A DNA stretch of 64,000 nucleotides from Psilocybe cubensis (Eukaryota): NCBI GenBank assembly GCA_017499595.2, contig CM039006.1, positions 2,604,001 through 2,668,000 of the forward strand, read 5' to 3'. Below, piece by piece: positions 23,153 through 34,289 of the stretch. Below the pieces are notes generated by a model. That model was not told where the DNA came from. It saw only the letters and a list, made by a program, of their open reading frames with translations, and ran no database searches. Within the stretch, counting starts at the first letter, position 1. Each line of letters starts with the position of its first letter. Both the position numbers and the translations under genes were made by a program.

Positions 23153-26100
23153 ATGCCGCCAACGCCGTGGGCCACGCCCGACCAAATCGAGTTCATGTCT
23201 ACTTGGTTACCACAGTTCCAGGATGCTCAGCGTAATAAAAATATAGCCGATTTCTGGGTGAAGTTATATGCCAAATTCTTCTTAAGGTGGAAAGGGCCTG
23301 AAGATGAAGTTCAACCCGATTTGGTTCAGCTAAAGAAACGTAAAAAAGACAACAGAAAGTTACCTCAAACATCGACGCCTATTGAGTTAGATCATGCTGC
23401 ATGGATTAAGCTACGGAAGACGGTGAGATCCATAGCTTTTTTTTCTGATTTGATTCAATCAATGTCTAACGAATACCCTTTTTGTCCAATTCCATGTCTA
23501 ACGAATTCCATTTTTGACCGATTCCATGTCTGACGAATTCCATTTTTGACGAATTCCATGTCTAACCAATTCCATGTCTAACCGATTCTAGCAAATCGCT
23601 AACTGGTTTAATAACCGGGGCAAAGGAAGCGAGAACCGACGCCAAGGCCCCGCCATAGTGATTGGATCTGCAGGGCCCAGTCAACGCGCCCTCTCTGAAC
23701 TGAATGTCTACTCGAAGCGGTACTACAATGAAAAAATATGTTCTCTCGTGGAAAAAGAACTCGAAAAACAAGGCGGCCCCGCCCACATTGCTCTTATCAA
23801 TAAATGTATCAGTGAGGCATGGGCCATGGAGTCCGAAGATGTCAAAGAGGAGATTCGCGCAGAGACAAAGAGGTTGAAAGAGTTACTGAAGGAAGATCGC
23901 TCTGGGAATAGCGAGCAACCGACTCCTCAGGAATACGCCAAGTACGTTTGTTTTGGCTGCGTTGATTCAATTATTATTGATGAATTACTAACCAATTACA
24001 TGATTTAGAGCGATTATGGAAGCTCCTGGTCAAATTACAAACTTTCTTCAAGAAATGTACAAACGCACTGGCTGGTGCTTGAGTCTCCTAGCTGGCGGCC
24101 CTGATCCCTCGCGTCAAGGAAAGATTCGTACAATCAGCATCCATATGGGAAAGGACAAATTCGACCAGTTTTACTCGTGTGCCTATCCAGACTTTCAGGA
24201 AAATGTTTTGGGTTCGTACCGCAGCTACTTATACAATGTATATTGTGAGTATGGTTTCTATTAAATGAATATACAGAGACTCACAAAGTGTTATATATAT
24301 AGCTCAGAAGGATAGAGATAATCGCGCCCTCTCTGAAACGGAGCCTATAGCGAGTATGAAAACAGATAAAGGTGGGATCATGGACGACTGCGAAGACAAT
24401 TCCGGTCCTACCGTTCAAATCGAGGTTGAAAAACCAACACTGGTAGGAAATGAAGACGGCCCCAATTTGATGGATCCTGACGGCCGGAATGATATACCAG
24501 CTGCGGCGACCGAGGATACACCAGCTGTAGCGACCGAGGATACACCAGCTGCAGCGACCGAGGATACACCAGCTGCAGCGACCGAGGCAACCGTTACCTC
24601 CACAATCAGGACCACGGAGCCATGTAATGGTGTTACGCAGACTCCTGCAACTCCTGCAATAGAAATACTGGGTCATGGCCTTGCTATTGATGGAAACAAT
24701 ACCAACGCTCAACAATGTTCCGACAGTGGCCCAGATGATAGCCGCCCAGTGTCTTTGGTAGATCCCCCAAATGGAAAAGCGATGGACGGAGACAAATTGT
24801 ATGCAGAAGAAGACAAGGTGCTTTCGTTCATGGAATTGTTGAACGTGGATGGGGGTTACGACCCAGAAAGAGACCCATTGCTTCAAATTTCTATGAACAA
24901 TGTGTTTTTTTCAAACCATCAGTTTGTGGGCAGTACACAGGAGAACAGAGCATTTCAAGTACCTATAACAGCAACGCCAATGGCCTGGGTTCCGCGTCCC
25001 AAAGATAACACTTCCTTTAATGTACAAGCACCTGTAAATTTGTTTCCACCCATCCCAACGTCGACAAACAATCCAAATGGTCACAGTCTGCCTTTTTATC
25101 ACCAAGAGGGCCTCATTACTCCTGTGTATGCTCCGACGGCTGGATCTTACCTTTCAGCCCAGCCGGCAGTGATGACAGAGCAACCGATTGCTCCAGGTCT
25201 TTTCCCAACACTGCAGTCGGCATTCACACCTCCCTGCGCACCGTATTTTGTTCAACCAGAAATGATGCCAACAATATCCAATCAAAATTGGGCTCATTCA
25301 AACACTTTGTCGGCAGTAACACCACCTGTGCCTGAGCAACTGGGGTCCTCGACACTGATGGACCATTGTGAACCCCAAAATCTGCCATCGTTGAGATTTT
25401 CTGATGCCCTGTCGACGGGCATGCCAAATACTGGGTATACCAACCCTGATATATTCCCCCAGTTTGTCCAAGCGACTCCTAGTCTGTATGGGTCTGGCCA
25501 CCACAACGTCACAATACCCCAGATAGTTCAAGCACATGTAGGTGTCAGTGCCTCTGGCGTTGCACAGGAATCGAGAACGTCATCACCCACTAGCCAGCTA
25601 GATCTCAGGGCCTCAATGCACTCCCCGCAATCACGCCCATCTGCTTCTGAGAAACAAGAAAGAATTCCGGTAACAGGGGGGCATCCAACACCTCGGGACA
25701 CAGTATCCGACAATACCAACTGTACAACAGCAACAGGGACAATGATAGTCCCCACCCCAGCCCTTGAATCTGTTGCTCATGCTTCGCAAACCCCTGTCTT
25801 GAACGAAATGAATGCTGAAATGCAGCACGTCGTCGGGGATGGTGGCCGTCGAGCTCGCAAGGCCGCAAGTTCAAGGAATGTCCCTATGCAGCAAATGTGG
25901 AGAACAGCAGCATTTGAGCACCTTATGATGCCTGAGATAGATACGGAGAAATGGAAATCATGTGTAAAGGCATGGGTTGCATTTGAGGATTCGCAATGCA
26001 ATGCCATCGAAACCAGTTCGGTAAGTAATTTTAGAACAGTAACAGAATATCAACGCTTACAATAATACCAGCTCCGATTCCCAGCTGCGATGAGGCCAGC

Positions 26101-26497
26101 GGTCCTGACCAAATGGTTATCGACTCGTAAGTACGGGAATGTCCCTGATATTGGAGCCAAATTTGGGGATGAGTGGGTAATGTGGTGGAATAACAGTCAG
26201 CCTAAATGGAGGCAGAGCTCGGAGGCTGGTAAGCTTCCACGATGTCTGTCTATTGCAGGAGGGAAAGACAGCATCAACATGTTGAAGAAAGGAGGTCCAA
26301 ATGGATTGGTAACGGTGATGATTGGGTTGAGGTGGTGGGCAAAACAGCGACACTCCGACCCTAGATGGGAAGAAGCCGTTGAAGACATCCTTGCTGTATT
26401 CCAAGCATTCCAAGGAGGCGGTAAAGTGACTAAAAAGCGTAAGGGGGACGAGGAAAACATCGAGGCAAAGCCGAAAGTGAAAAGGAGGAAGACATGA
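23153..26497 (+). CDS. KDZ-element cargo gene D: large protein with HMG-box-like segment, long low-complexity middle, Trp-rich C-terminal domain and terminal NLS
   Basis: MPPTPWATPDQIEFMSTWLPQF..FWVKLYAKFFLRW; ELNVYSKRYY...INKCISEAWAMESEDVKEEIRAE (HMG-like); TGWCLSLLAGGPDP; WVMWWNNSQPKWR...KGGPNGLVTVMIGLRWW; KPKVKRRKT*. Confidence 0.8.
23461..23589 (+). repeat. Tandem ~15/30-bp repeat in intron 1 of cargo gene D
   Basis: Alternating ATTCCATGTCTAACGA and ATTCCATTTTTGACCG-like units directly before the 3' splice site. Confidence 0.85.
24496..24588 (+). repeat. 24-bp coding tandem repeat x4 (PAAATEDT)
   Basis: ccagctgc(g/a)gcgaccgaggataca units. Confidence 0.9.
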
Positions 26498-26632
26498 TTA
26501 TGATGTTGCTCTTTCTCTTTGTCAGTTCCCACGCGACCCATCTAATGTTTTTTTGCGCGGTTCTTTTGAACAAAAGCTAAGTTTAATATACTCTCTTGGA
26601 ATAAAATGCAATTTAAAACTGATACCCATGGG

Positions 26633-27354
26633 AGATGGACAATCCGGTTGTGATCAATAAAGTTCAGTGGGTGAATATCTGTTCAGGTCCTGGCAAATGA
26701 GCGGTTTGATTGACAAAGAATGGAGTGGATCGATGAAAGGAATTGGTAATCTGCTGAATTTATGCGGCAAATGGACAAATGAAGAGGGAGTGCCGCTAGG
26801 TATTGGAGAGCGCCATAAGGTGTCCCTCTAGGTCTTTTGTTGATGGATAAATCTCCTTGCAAAAGGGTGAGCGGGATAGATGGACAATTGGCGCACATTT
26901 TGAAATATCTGACGAACTGACCAGTACGCCCTCCCAATGATGGACAAAGGGTATGGCAGATGATATTACCAACGTTCAGCAGACATTGACAAAGTGGATG
27001 CGGATGAATGAAAATAGATCGACAACCGCACTATGTATGGATGAGCCACCATAGGCCATAAATGATGGACAACGTCATGATATTGCACATGGGGCATTTA
27101 TACATGAATGCACTGTAGAGGATTGGTAAATATAGCGGACATGATGGACGAGTTAACAGGTAGATGGATCATGTAACTATGGACAACGTACTGGAAATGG
27201 ATAATCCAAGAGGTATGGTCCGATGGACAAAAAGGATATTTATTGATTGAGAAGTACCACCTATAGACAGAGCGGCTACCATCGACAAAAGCTATGAGTA
27301 TCAAAAATGTGGCTGGAGCAGGCATGGTATAGTATGGTCGGTGGACATCGACAA
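26633..27354 (-). repeat. Right subterminal array of motif (T)GAT(G/T/C)GACAA, the inverse of the left array
   Basis: Copies at about 26633, 26707, 26769, 26841, 26878, 26938, 27015, 27063, 27142, 27177, 27221, 27279 and 27345. Confidence 0.88.
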
Positions 27355-28174
27355 TCTCATTGCGTATAAACAATTCCAAAGGCATTGGTAGGTATGCGAA
27401 TTATGAATGAAGATTGTTACTGTACTGCAATGGTTTATACATTATCACGGTTGTATCTGGTGATAATATACATACGATTGCATTCTACAAGGCAATGTAA
27501 GCGATTGAACTAATAAACTGAGTTTTACTAACTTGTTTCTTCTTGAAGTAACGAAGCTTTCAGATAACAACTGTAGATGATCTGGGTATTTTCATGGGTG
27601 TCGTGGCTCGCTGGGTTACTTTAGGCATTCAAACTTCAAACCGCTTTACCGTGATTTATCGATATAAATAGGTTTCACTGACTTGGAAAAACCAGATGAA
27701 TACCAACTATCCATGTCAAGATACCTAGAACACCAAACCATGAACATCTGAACCATGGATAGTATACTTGGGATTTCAGTCGAGATTTGTAATTATTGGA
27801 AAAGAAAACCTCCTTTCAATGGCAGTAGGGGAGCATTTACACTTACAGCTGGTATTATTCGCATTTGAGACTCAATGGATTGTGAGTACCTGCATCTCTA
27901 AATCGACGCGAGTTCAGAGATATAATATGGAGTGGTCATAAGGAGGCCCAATCCTCTGAAACTAGATAACCAGTTCACCGGATACTTAGTTATTTTTGGA
28001 TTTTTCTCTAGATGGTGTAATTATATCCTTCTCCCTCCTGGTTACGAGCTTATACATACATTGTGAGCTCCTAGAAATCGTATAAAACCTATAGAAAAGA
28101 GGATGAGTGATACTAAGATCCTTCAAGTGGTTCTACTCAGCTCAGTACTCCTAGTCCTCTGCAAACATTAGCGC

Positions 28175-28757
28175 ATGATGTTTTCAAAGTTCAACCTGAT
28201 CAAGGCCATTGCCATGACCATTGCTTTGGCTGTCGGCACTCAGGCTGCCCCCAGCAATGCTTCGCCTGCTTTGGTCAGTAGTATCTCTACAGTCTCTGAC
28301 ACTCTGTGCTTTATAGAACAATTTTAACACATTTCTATACAGGTCGCACGCGACACAGAGGCAGCGTCGGTAGACGGGCACCTTTTCGTCTGCGTCAATG
28401 CCCAATTTGTCCCGCCATGCAACAACTTCAATTTCAATGACGGACAATGCATCAACTTTGTTGCGCCTTTCCAGGACAGCATCTCGAGCTTGGGACCTGA
28501 CCCGGGGTTCACCTGCATTGTCTTCAAGTCAGTGTTGATCCAATTATTCGCCATTTAATTATTGACCATGTTTCAAGGGACTCCAACTGCTCTGGAGAGA
28601 GCCTCGACGTCTCCAACCCCGGTATTTCCGACCTTTCTCAGGGCACCGACCTCAACGACCAAATCTCCTCTTTCCAATGCTTCGCAAACTGGTTAGTTGC
28701 TCATTTCTGTTATTTGTGCCATTTTAATTGGATAATAACTTTGGGTTGACATACAGA
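28175..28757 (+). CDS. Small secreted Cys-containing protein, beta/gamma-crystallin-like, copy 1
   Basis: MMFSKFNLIKAIAMTIALAVGTQAAPSNASPAL|VARDTEAASVDGHLFVCVNAQFVPPCNNFNFNDGQCINFVAPFQDSISSLGPDPGFTCIVFK|DSNCSGESLDVSNPGISDLSQGTDLNDQISSFQCFAN*. It has a signal peptide and two (N/Q)DxISS crystallin-type motifs. Confidence 0.75.
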
Positions 28758-30034
28758 TTTTGCTCTGAAGGATTTAAGGATTACAATGTGCTGTTTGAGT
28801 GAGGGATTGAGGCCTCCCTTATAATATAGCCTCAAACATTTGTCGAAATAAGAAATACATATGTTGTAAATTGTCTGATCTGTCGGTTCAGTGATGCCAG
28901 ATATATCACTTGTGTCATCATAAGTGCATTTTTATGAGACGACTCTCCTATGACTGAGTAAATGGATTAAATTTACGGTTAGATGGTTCCTGGTATATGA
29001 CAGGAATCAATACAGGAGAAGTCGGAGGCCAATGTCGAAGCAAATACGCCTTTAAAGATTACTCTCACTCTCCCTCTCCTACAATCTAACATAGCATTTA
29101 ATAATACACGACCATAACTCTTCTGTTTAGGTGCAAGAGAACCATGGAACCTGGACCTTCCTGAAATTTAAATCAGGAAAAATTAAATTTACCGCCTTTT
29201 ATTTCAATCCATCCCAACCGGTCAATTCTTTTCATACAAAATGCTAACTCACTGGCATAACAAAGGCGACAAACTTTCCTTGCTAGCTTAATCTCTATTT
29301 TGTGACCGACGTCGGGCGATTTGTCAGTGGGAACCTCATGCACAAAAGTGCGACGGAGTTTTTCACTTGATATCATTGGCACCATCCGCACTCAAAATAG
29401 AATCAAAGAAACCAATTGGTCAGTAAAAAATAGCACACGCATGTTTCTAACTCCCGCATCTCTGCCAAAAATGCAGTTACATGGTATTGTATCGAGTCCT
29501 ACTGGCCACATTTTCTTGATATTAAAATGCTGTTATTTAGAAAGCTGCTGTACTATTGGCTATGGTTATGATCTGTTGAAAACGAAACTCGCCTGATCAT
29601 GAGTATCTAACTTAGAAAAATAAAAATCTTAATGAGCCTGGTGGTACTACCACAATTTTTGTGGATTTACAGAGCACAATACTGTTCCGAATGGTCAGGA
29701 GAGGTAGCATTTAACTCGCCACTGGTTATACCCGTACTCTGACTCGATGCTTTGCAAACAACTTCATCTGTAAAGTCGGAGTTAACCCATGAATACCGAG
29801 TCATAGGTCGGTACAGCGTACTGAAACGAGATGAAGAGTATCCCAGATATCGGACCATGCTCGTATCTTTTTGTTAATGATGTATTTCCATTGTCCTTAT
29901 TCCACATTCCGGTCCAAGTTTGAAGAGAAGTGTGGCCGTTAAGAAATCGTATAAGAGGTACAGGTCAGACAAAGGGTAATACTCAGATCCTTCCTGCGGT
30001 TCTACTCAGTCAACCTTTTACACATTAACGCACA

Positions 30035-30511
30035 ATGTTCTCCAAGTTCAATCTCATCAAGGCCATTGCCATGATCACCGTTTTGGCTGTTGGCGCTAGC
30101 GCTGCCCCCAGCGTCGCTGTATCTGATCTGGTTAGTGTTCATTCGATATTCCTTTTTTTATACATGATTTAATACATGCAACACAGACTGTACGTGAAAC
30201 AGAGGCAGCGTCAGTAGATGGGCACCTCTTTGTCTGCGTCAATGCAAATTTCGTCGCACCCTGCAACAATTTCAACTTCAATGACGGCCAGTGCATCAAC
30301 TTTGTTGCGCCTTTCCAGGACAGCATCTCAAGCTTGGGGCCTGATCCAGGCTTTACTTGCATCGTATTCAAGTCAGTATTAGACCAATACTAGCCACTTT
30401 ATTGTCTGACTCTGTTAAAAGGGACTCCAACTGCTTTCCAGTGCTTTGCAAACTAGTCAGTTTTTATTTTCTGTCGGTCATCATAATGGATGATAACGGG
30501 CAACATACAGG
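30035..30511 (+). pseudogene. Copy 2 of the crystallin-like secreted protein with an 80-nt frameshifting deletion in exon 3
   Basis: Exon 2 is nearly identical to copy 1. Exon 3 reads AACTGC|TTTCCAG and lacks the equivalent of 28591-28670. Confidence 0.7.
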
Positions 30512-30948
30512 TCACTGGTTATTTTAATGGTCATATTATACTGGTCAAGGGACTGAGGATCCCTTATATAACAACCTCACTGTCTGATGTAACAATATAT
30601 ACATTTTGTTTGATATGCCAGTCTTGAGATCGCATCGTTATCACGGAGAAAGATTGACGCAAGGTTGAACACCGGTTACGTTCGGACTTCAAAAAGTGGG
30701 ATTAGTCAGAAGGATCGGCATATTAAAAAGTAGACCAGCAAGACACAGTGGTTCGTGCGCACAAAGCAAAAAGCTTCGAACTTTTACGACTTTTCACGTC
30801 TGTTCTTTTTCAAGCCCATTCAAAAATGGTGTATATTAAGTATGCGTGCTTTAAATCGTGTGTTTAATGTCCCTGATTTATTCAATACCTAGGACGCTTG
30901 ATACTACGAATCCTAAATGACGAGCCGTATACTATATACAATACACAT

Positions 30949-31888
30949 TCAGTAATCGTTGGAGTTTCTGTCTCCTGGATCAATTCTGTAATGCGCGCAG
31001 AGGTCCCACATTTCTCCTCCCTGTACACCAAGCTTGAGCTTATGCTAATCCGTCTTCAACATCAAAAGGCTTACCTGCTTGCCGTTTTCACCACCTGTAT
31101 TACACTTGTCAACGGGCTGCCTTAAGTTATTGTTGCAAGCCGAGTCAACCGTCCAGGTGCACCTAAGGTCCCCGTTAGCAAATAAACTGCTGGAAGGCTT
31201 TTCATGCAAGGAAGAACTTCTTACCCGTTGGTCATTTCCATGAAGACTAAAACGGTGATTCCCGAGAAGTTATCGAGGTATCGAGTCTGGAAGATACAAA
31301 GTTAGCAAAAATAAGGAACTGCACCGTAAAGTTGTCATTCTCACCCAGAGATTTTGACCACTAGACAAGGTGCGTCCTATGGCCTTCGTACTGAGAAAGG
31401 CGATTAGAATTAACCCTTAAAGGCAGAACAAGCTAACTAACTTGCAGAAGTGGTCGATTGAGCTTGTAAGGGCTGCTCTTTGCACCTGTTAAGCATCATA
31501 TGACGGGTTATGTTTTGGTTAATTTTTTCGCTCAATCGAGTCACTTACAGCTCTGCCTTTATTATAGCACATAATTGCTTGCGGGTTGTCTCTTGCCTCG
31601 ACCACAGCAGTCTCATTTGCATAGGGAGTAACTGAATGTTTTAATTGTTTGCATGAGAAGATGTCCAGAAGGTTTAAAATATCTAGCTTACCTGGAGTAT
31701 TATACCCGCTCTCGAGGACAACCCAATCGTACGTCTAGAGCATGGCATGTTAGCATATATTCATTCTTGTTAAACAATGACAATTAACGTACAGGTTCTG
31801 GAGTACTTTCCGCTGGAGCGGCAACGGCGACGGCAAAGGTGGATGTAACGACCCCAAGGAGGGCAACTAAGGTCATATATGCTTTCAT
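30949..31888 (-). CDS. Small secreted cysteine-rich protein (many short exons)
   Basis: MKAYMTLVALLGVVTSTFAVAVAAP signal peptide. Internal IMCYNKG and SSIDHFC. C-terminus CNNNLRQPVDKCNTGGENGKQ|GGEMWDLCAHYRIDPGDRNSNDY*. Confidence 0.7.
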
Positions 31889-33152
31889 TGTTGCTCTTGA
31901 AATCTTGTTGAATTGCGACTTGAAAATTCCTCTCGTTCTGTGGCTCTCATATAGTTTACAGGGATTCCATAACAGGTAATCCCAGAAAGTTGCATGCACA
32001 CATCTCAACACGCATTTGTCAACTTGTTATGCGTTGGTTAGGCTGCGGATATTCGGATTTGCACTATACCGAGGCGCCCGTTGACTTGCTCCCCAGGTTG
32101 GGACATTGTCGTGCATTTTTGGCCTAGCCTTGGCAATGTTTTGAGTGATGTTTGAAGCCTTTACGTACGGATCGGATGACAATGAAGGTCTTGGCACTCG
32201 TTTCGGATTTCATGTAGCGAGTATAGTGACTTTGCATGCGAGAGTCGGCTTGGTTATTTGAGCAACCTCTATGACTATACCTTCAACCCGAAAGATTCTT
32301 ATCGATCACGGTATCAAGGAAAATTAGTCGGTTAGACGTTGGTCCATCTAGAACCTCCTCCAAAATTTTCAAAATCATCATGATCCCTTCCTAACATCAA
32401 CGTGAATAAGTAATTTTCTTTGTAATAACTGGTCCTCGAGTAGTTTGTGGACATGACCTGACTTACGTACTCTCGAGTCAGCAGACGTAAATCATCACAA
32501 ATACACATCCACTACTTCCCCGGCAACTCCCCAAGTTCTCAAGGGGAAGGTCTTTATTCATGATCCATGCCCCAGACTGTCCTGTTAATTTCGAGTTATG
32601 ATTTGTATTTATCCACATCAGGTTCCAGGAACAACAATAGACCTTATTGGCGAGCACTAAGGCCTAACTCCTAGAGTTTCTTGGTTTCTTATTGTTAATG
32701 TATTGCTAGGGAATGTCATCGAATTCTTCATGACGAAAGTTAAAGTTTTTCTTGTCCTGGGTAACCTACGATTCTAACTGCTCTTCTCAAAGGCTGCTGA
32801 AGATGTAGTAAAATTCTTTATGATGGAGCTTGTTCTCCAACTGATACCGAGTACTTCCAAACGGTCACGATGATATCGAAATGATTTTGATTGATATTAA
32901 TTTCAAAGAACGTCGTGCGCAGCTGATGTTCGACTTACGTTCATCAATTGTAAGAACCTCTGGCGGGTGGCTCGGTAGGTATGAGTCCTTACTCATCGCA
33001 ATTACCCTTCAATGTTCGGTTCTTCTGAGGTTTAAGATTCGCTTACCAGTTTCGGATATCCACCAAGGTATATAAGCCAGACTTGCACTTCCCAAGTTTT
33101 ATCACAGTTAAAGATTTTTCTACTGCTGTAGTTCACCACTGAAGATTTATCC

Positions 33153-34064
33153 ATGAAGCCTTCATTTGTTTTTGCAACGTTGCTGGCCGCTGTTAGCTCT
33201 GCGCTTGCAGGCGTGGTCTCGACGACAATCATCGATAGCATTGATCCGGCGAAGGTATGCCCTGCGCCAACATCATGATATGGGGAATCCGTTCTCATTA
33301 CTTATATACGACAGTGGATCTCTGTGGAAAGTGGAGAAATTGACCACAATGGTAAGGACTTACAAGTCTATTTCGGGATTTGAACACTAAAATGATAATA
33401 AATCTAGCCCTTGGAACTGTTGCGAACAGCACTGGAGTCTCTTTGGAAGCCAGAGGAGGAACCCCTGTTGTCCACTGCTACAACTTCGGAACTTCGGTAT
33501 GCATGCCTTTTCTTCAGAAAATATAGTGCTTATACAATATTATTCAGACCTCCCGTACTATTCTGGTTACCGTTATTGATGATTTCTGCAAGTAAGCGCC
33601 CACGAGCAACATAGCCCCTATTTTTACTTACACAAAGATCAGCAATCGACTAATCGGCCTGACGGCTCGCCCCGGGGTCGAATACTGGGTACGTGTGTGA
33701 CACCTTGCAACTTTTTTTAAGCTTAACCAACGGTTGCAACAGTCTCGCTATAATTATGGGCCAGTGACCACATATGTTTCCCTCACTATGACTGGGTAAG
33801 TTGCCCAGCGTATCGACGTTGTAAAAATTAGATCTAATGGGAATCCAAGCTGCTCGCCATGGGTTGTTGACTCTGCATGCAACATCAATCTCAGGCGACC
33901 CGTCGACGGATGCAACACCGGTGGAGTGAACGGGAAACAGGTTGGTGTAACCACGAATATCGCTATATGCATTGATTTTGATTTCTCATTGACAGGGTGG
34001 ATGGATGACCGACGATTGCGCTTCCTGGAGGACAGACCCAGGCAGCAATGGTAGCGACGTATAA
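33153..34064 (+). CDS. Small secreted cysteine-rich protein, divergently oriented paralogue of 30949-31888
   Basis: MKPSFVFATLLAAVSSALA signal peptide. Internal VHCYNFG and TVIDDFC. C-terminus CNINLRRPVDGCNTGGVNGKQ|GGWMTDDCASWRTDPGSNGSDV*. Confidence 0.72.
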
Positions 34065-34289
34065 AAATCTTGACTGACTGGGATCGTATACTTCTACATA
34101 TGCTGGTCCACGCTGCGATCGTGTAAAAGGTCCCAGGATAAATAACTTGTTGATAAACGATGCCACCGTTTTACAACCTCTCCATCGCTCCAGAGAAACA
34201 GGAAATTTGAATTTAATGCGTTTCCGCCTGTCGAATAAAGTACAAAGTGTGAATTTTACAATGAAAATGATACCGTCAATTACACGACT

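Larger units (their letters stand above)
13445..27575 (+). mobile_element. ~14.1-kb multi-gene KDZ (CxC2-type) DNA transposon
   Basis: Contains a CxC2+KDZ transposase. Arrays of TTGTCNATCA on the left (13495-14286) and the inverse TGATNGACAA on the right (26633-27354). Inverted TACAGT/ACTGTA cores at 13452 and 27570. The host promoter is split across it (13341-13422 matches 29374-29450 of the paralogous gene). Confidence 0.8.

Noticed and set aside
23461-23589. CRISPR-like array
   Set aside because: It is a tandem repeat without unique spacers, inside a eukaryotic intron, with no cas genes.
13445-27575. Starship-type element or TET/JBP-carrying element
   Set aside because: No tyrosine-recombinase captain or TET/JBP dioxygenase motifs were recognisable by eye. 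The mobiliser is a KDZ transposase.
13398-29450. 25-bp direct repeat as a TSD or att site of a 16-kb element
   Set aside because: Similarity extends further upstream and is better explained as paralogous promoter sequence of the tandem secreted-protein genes.
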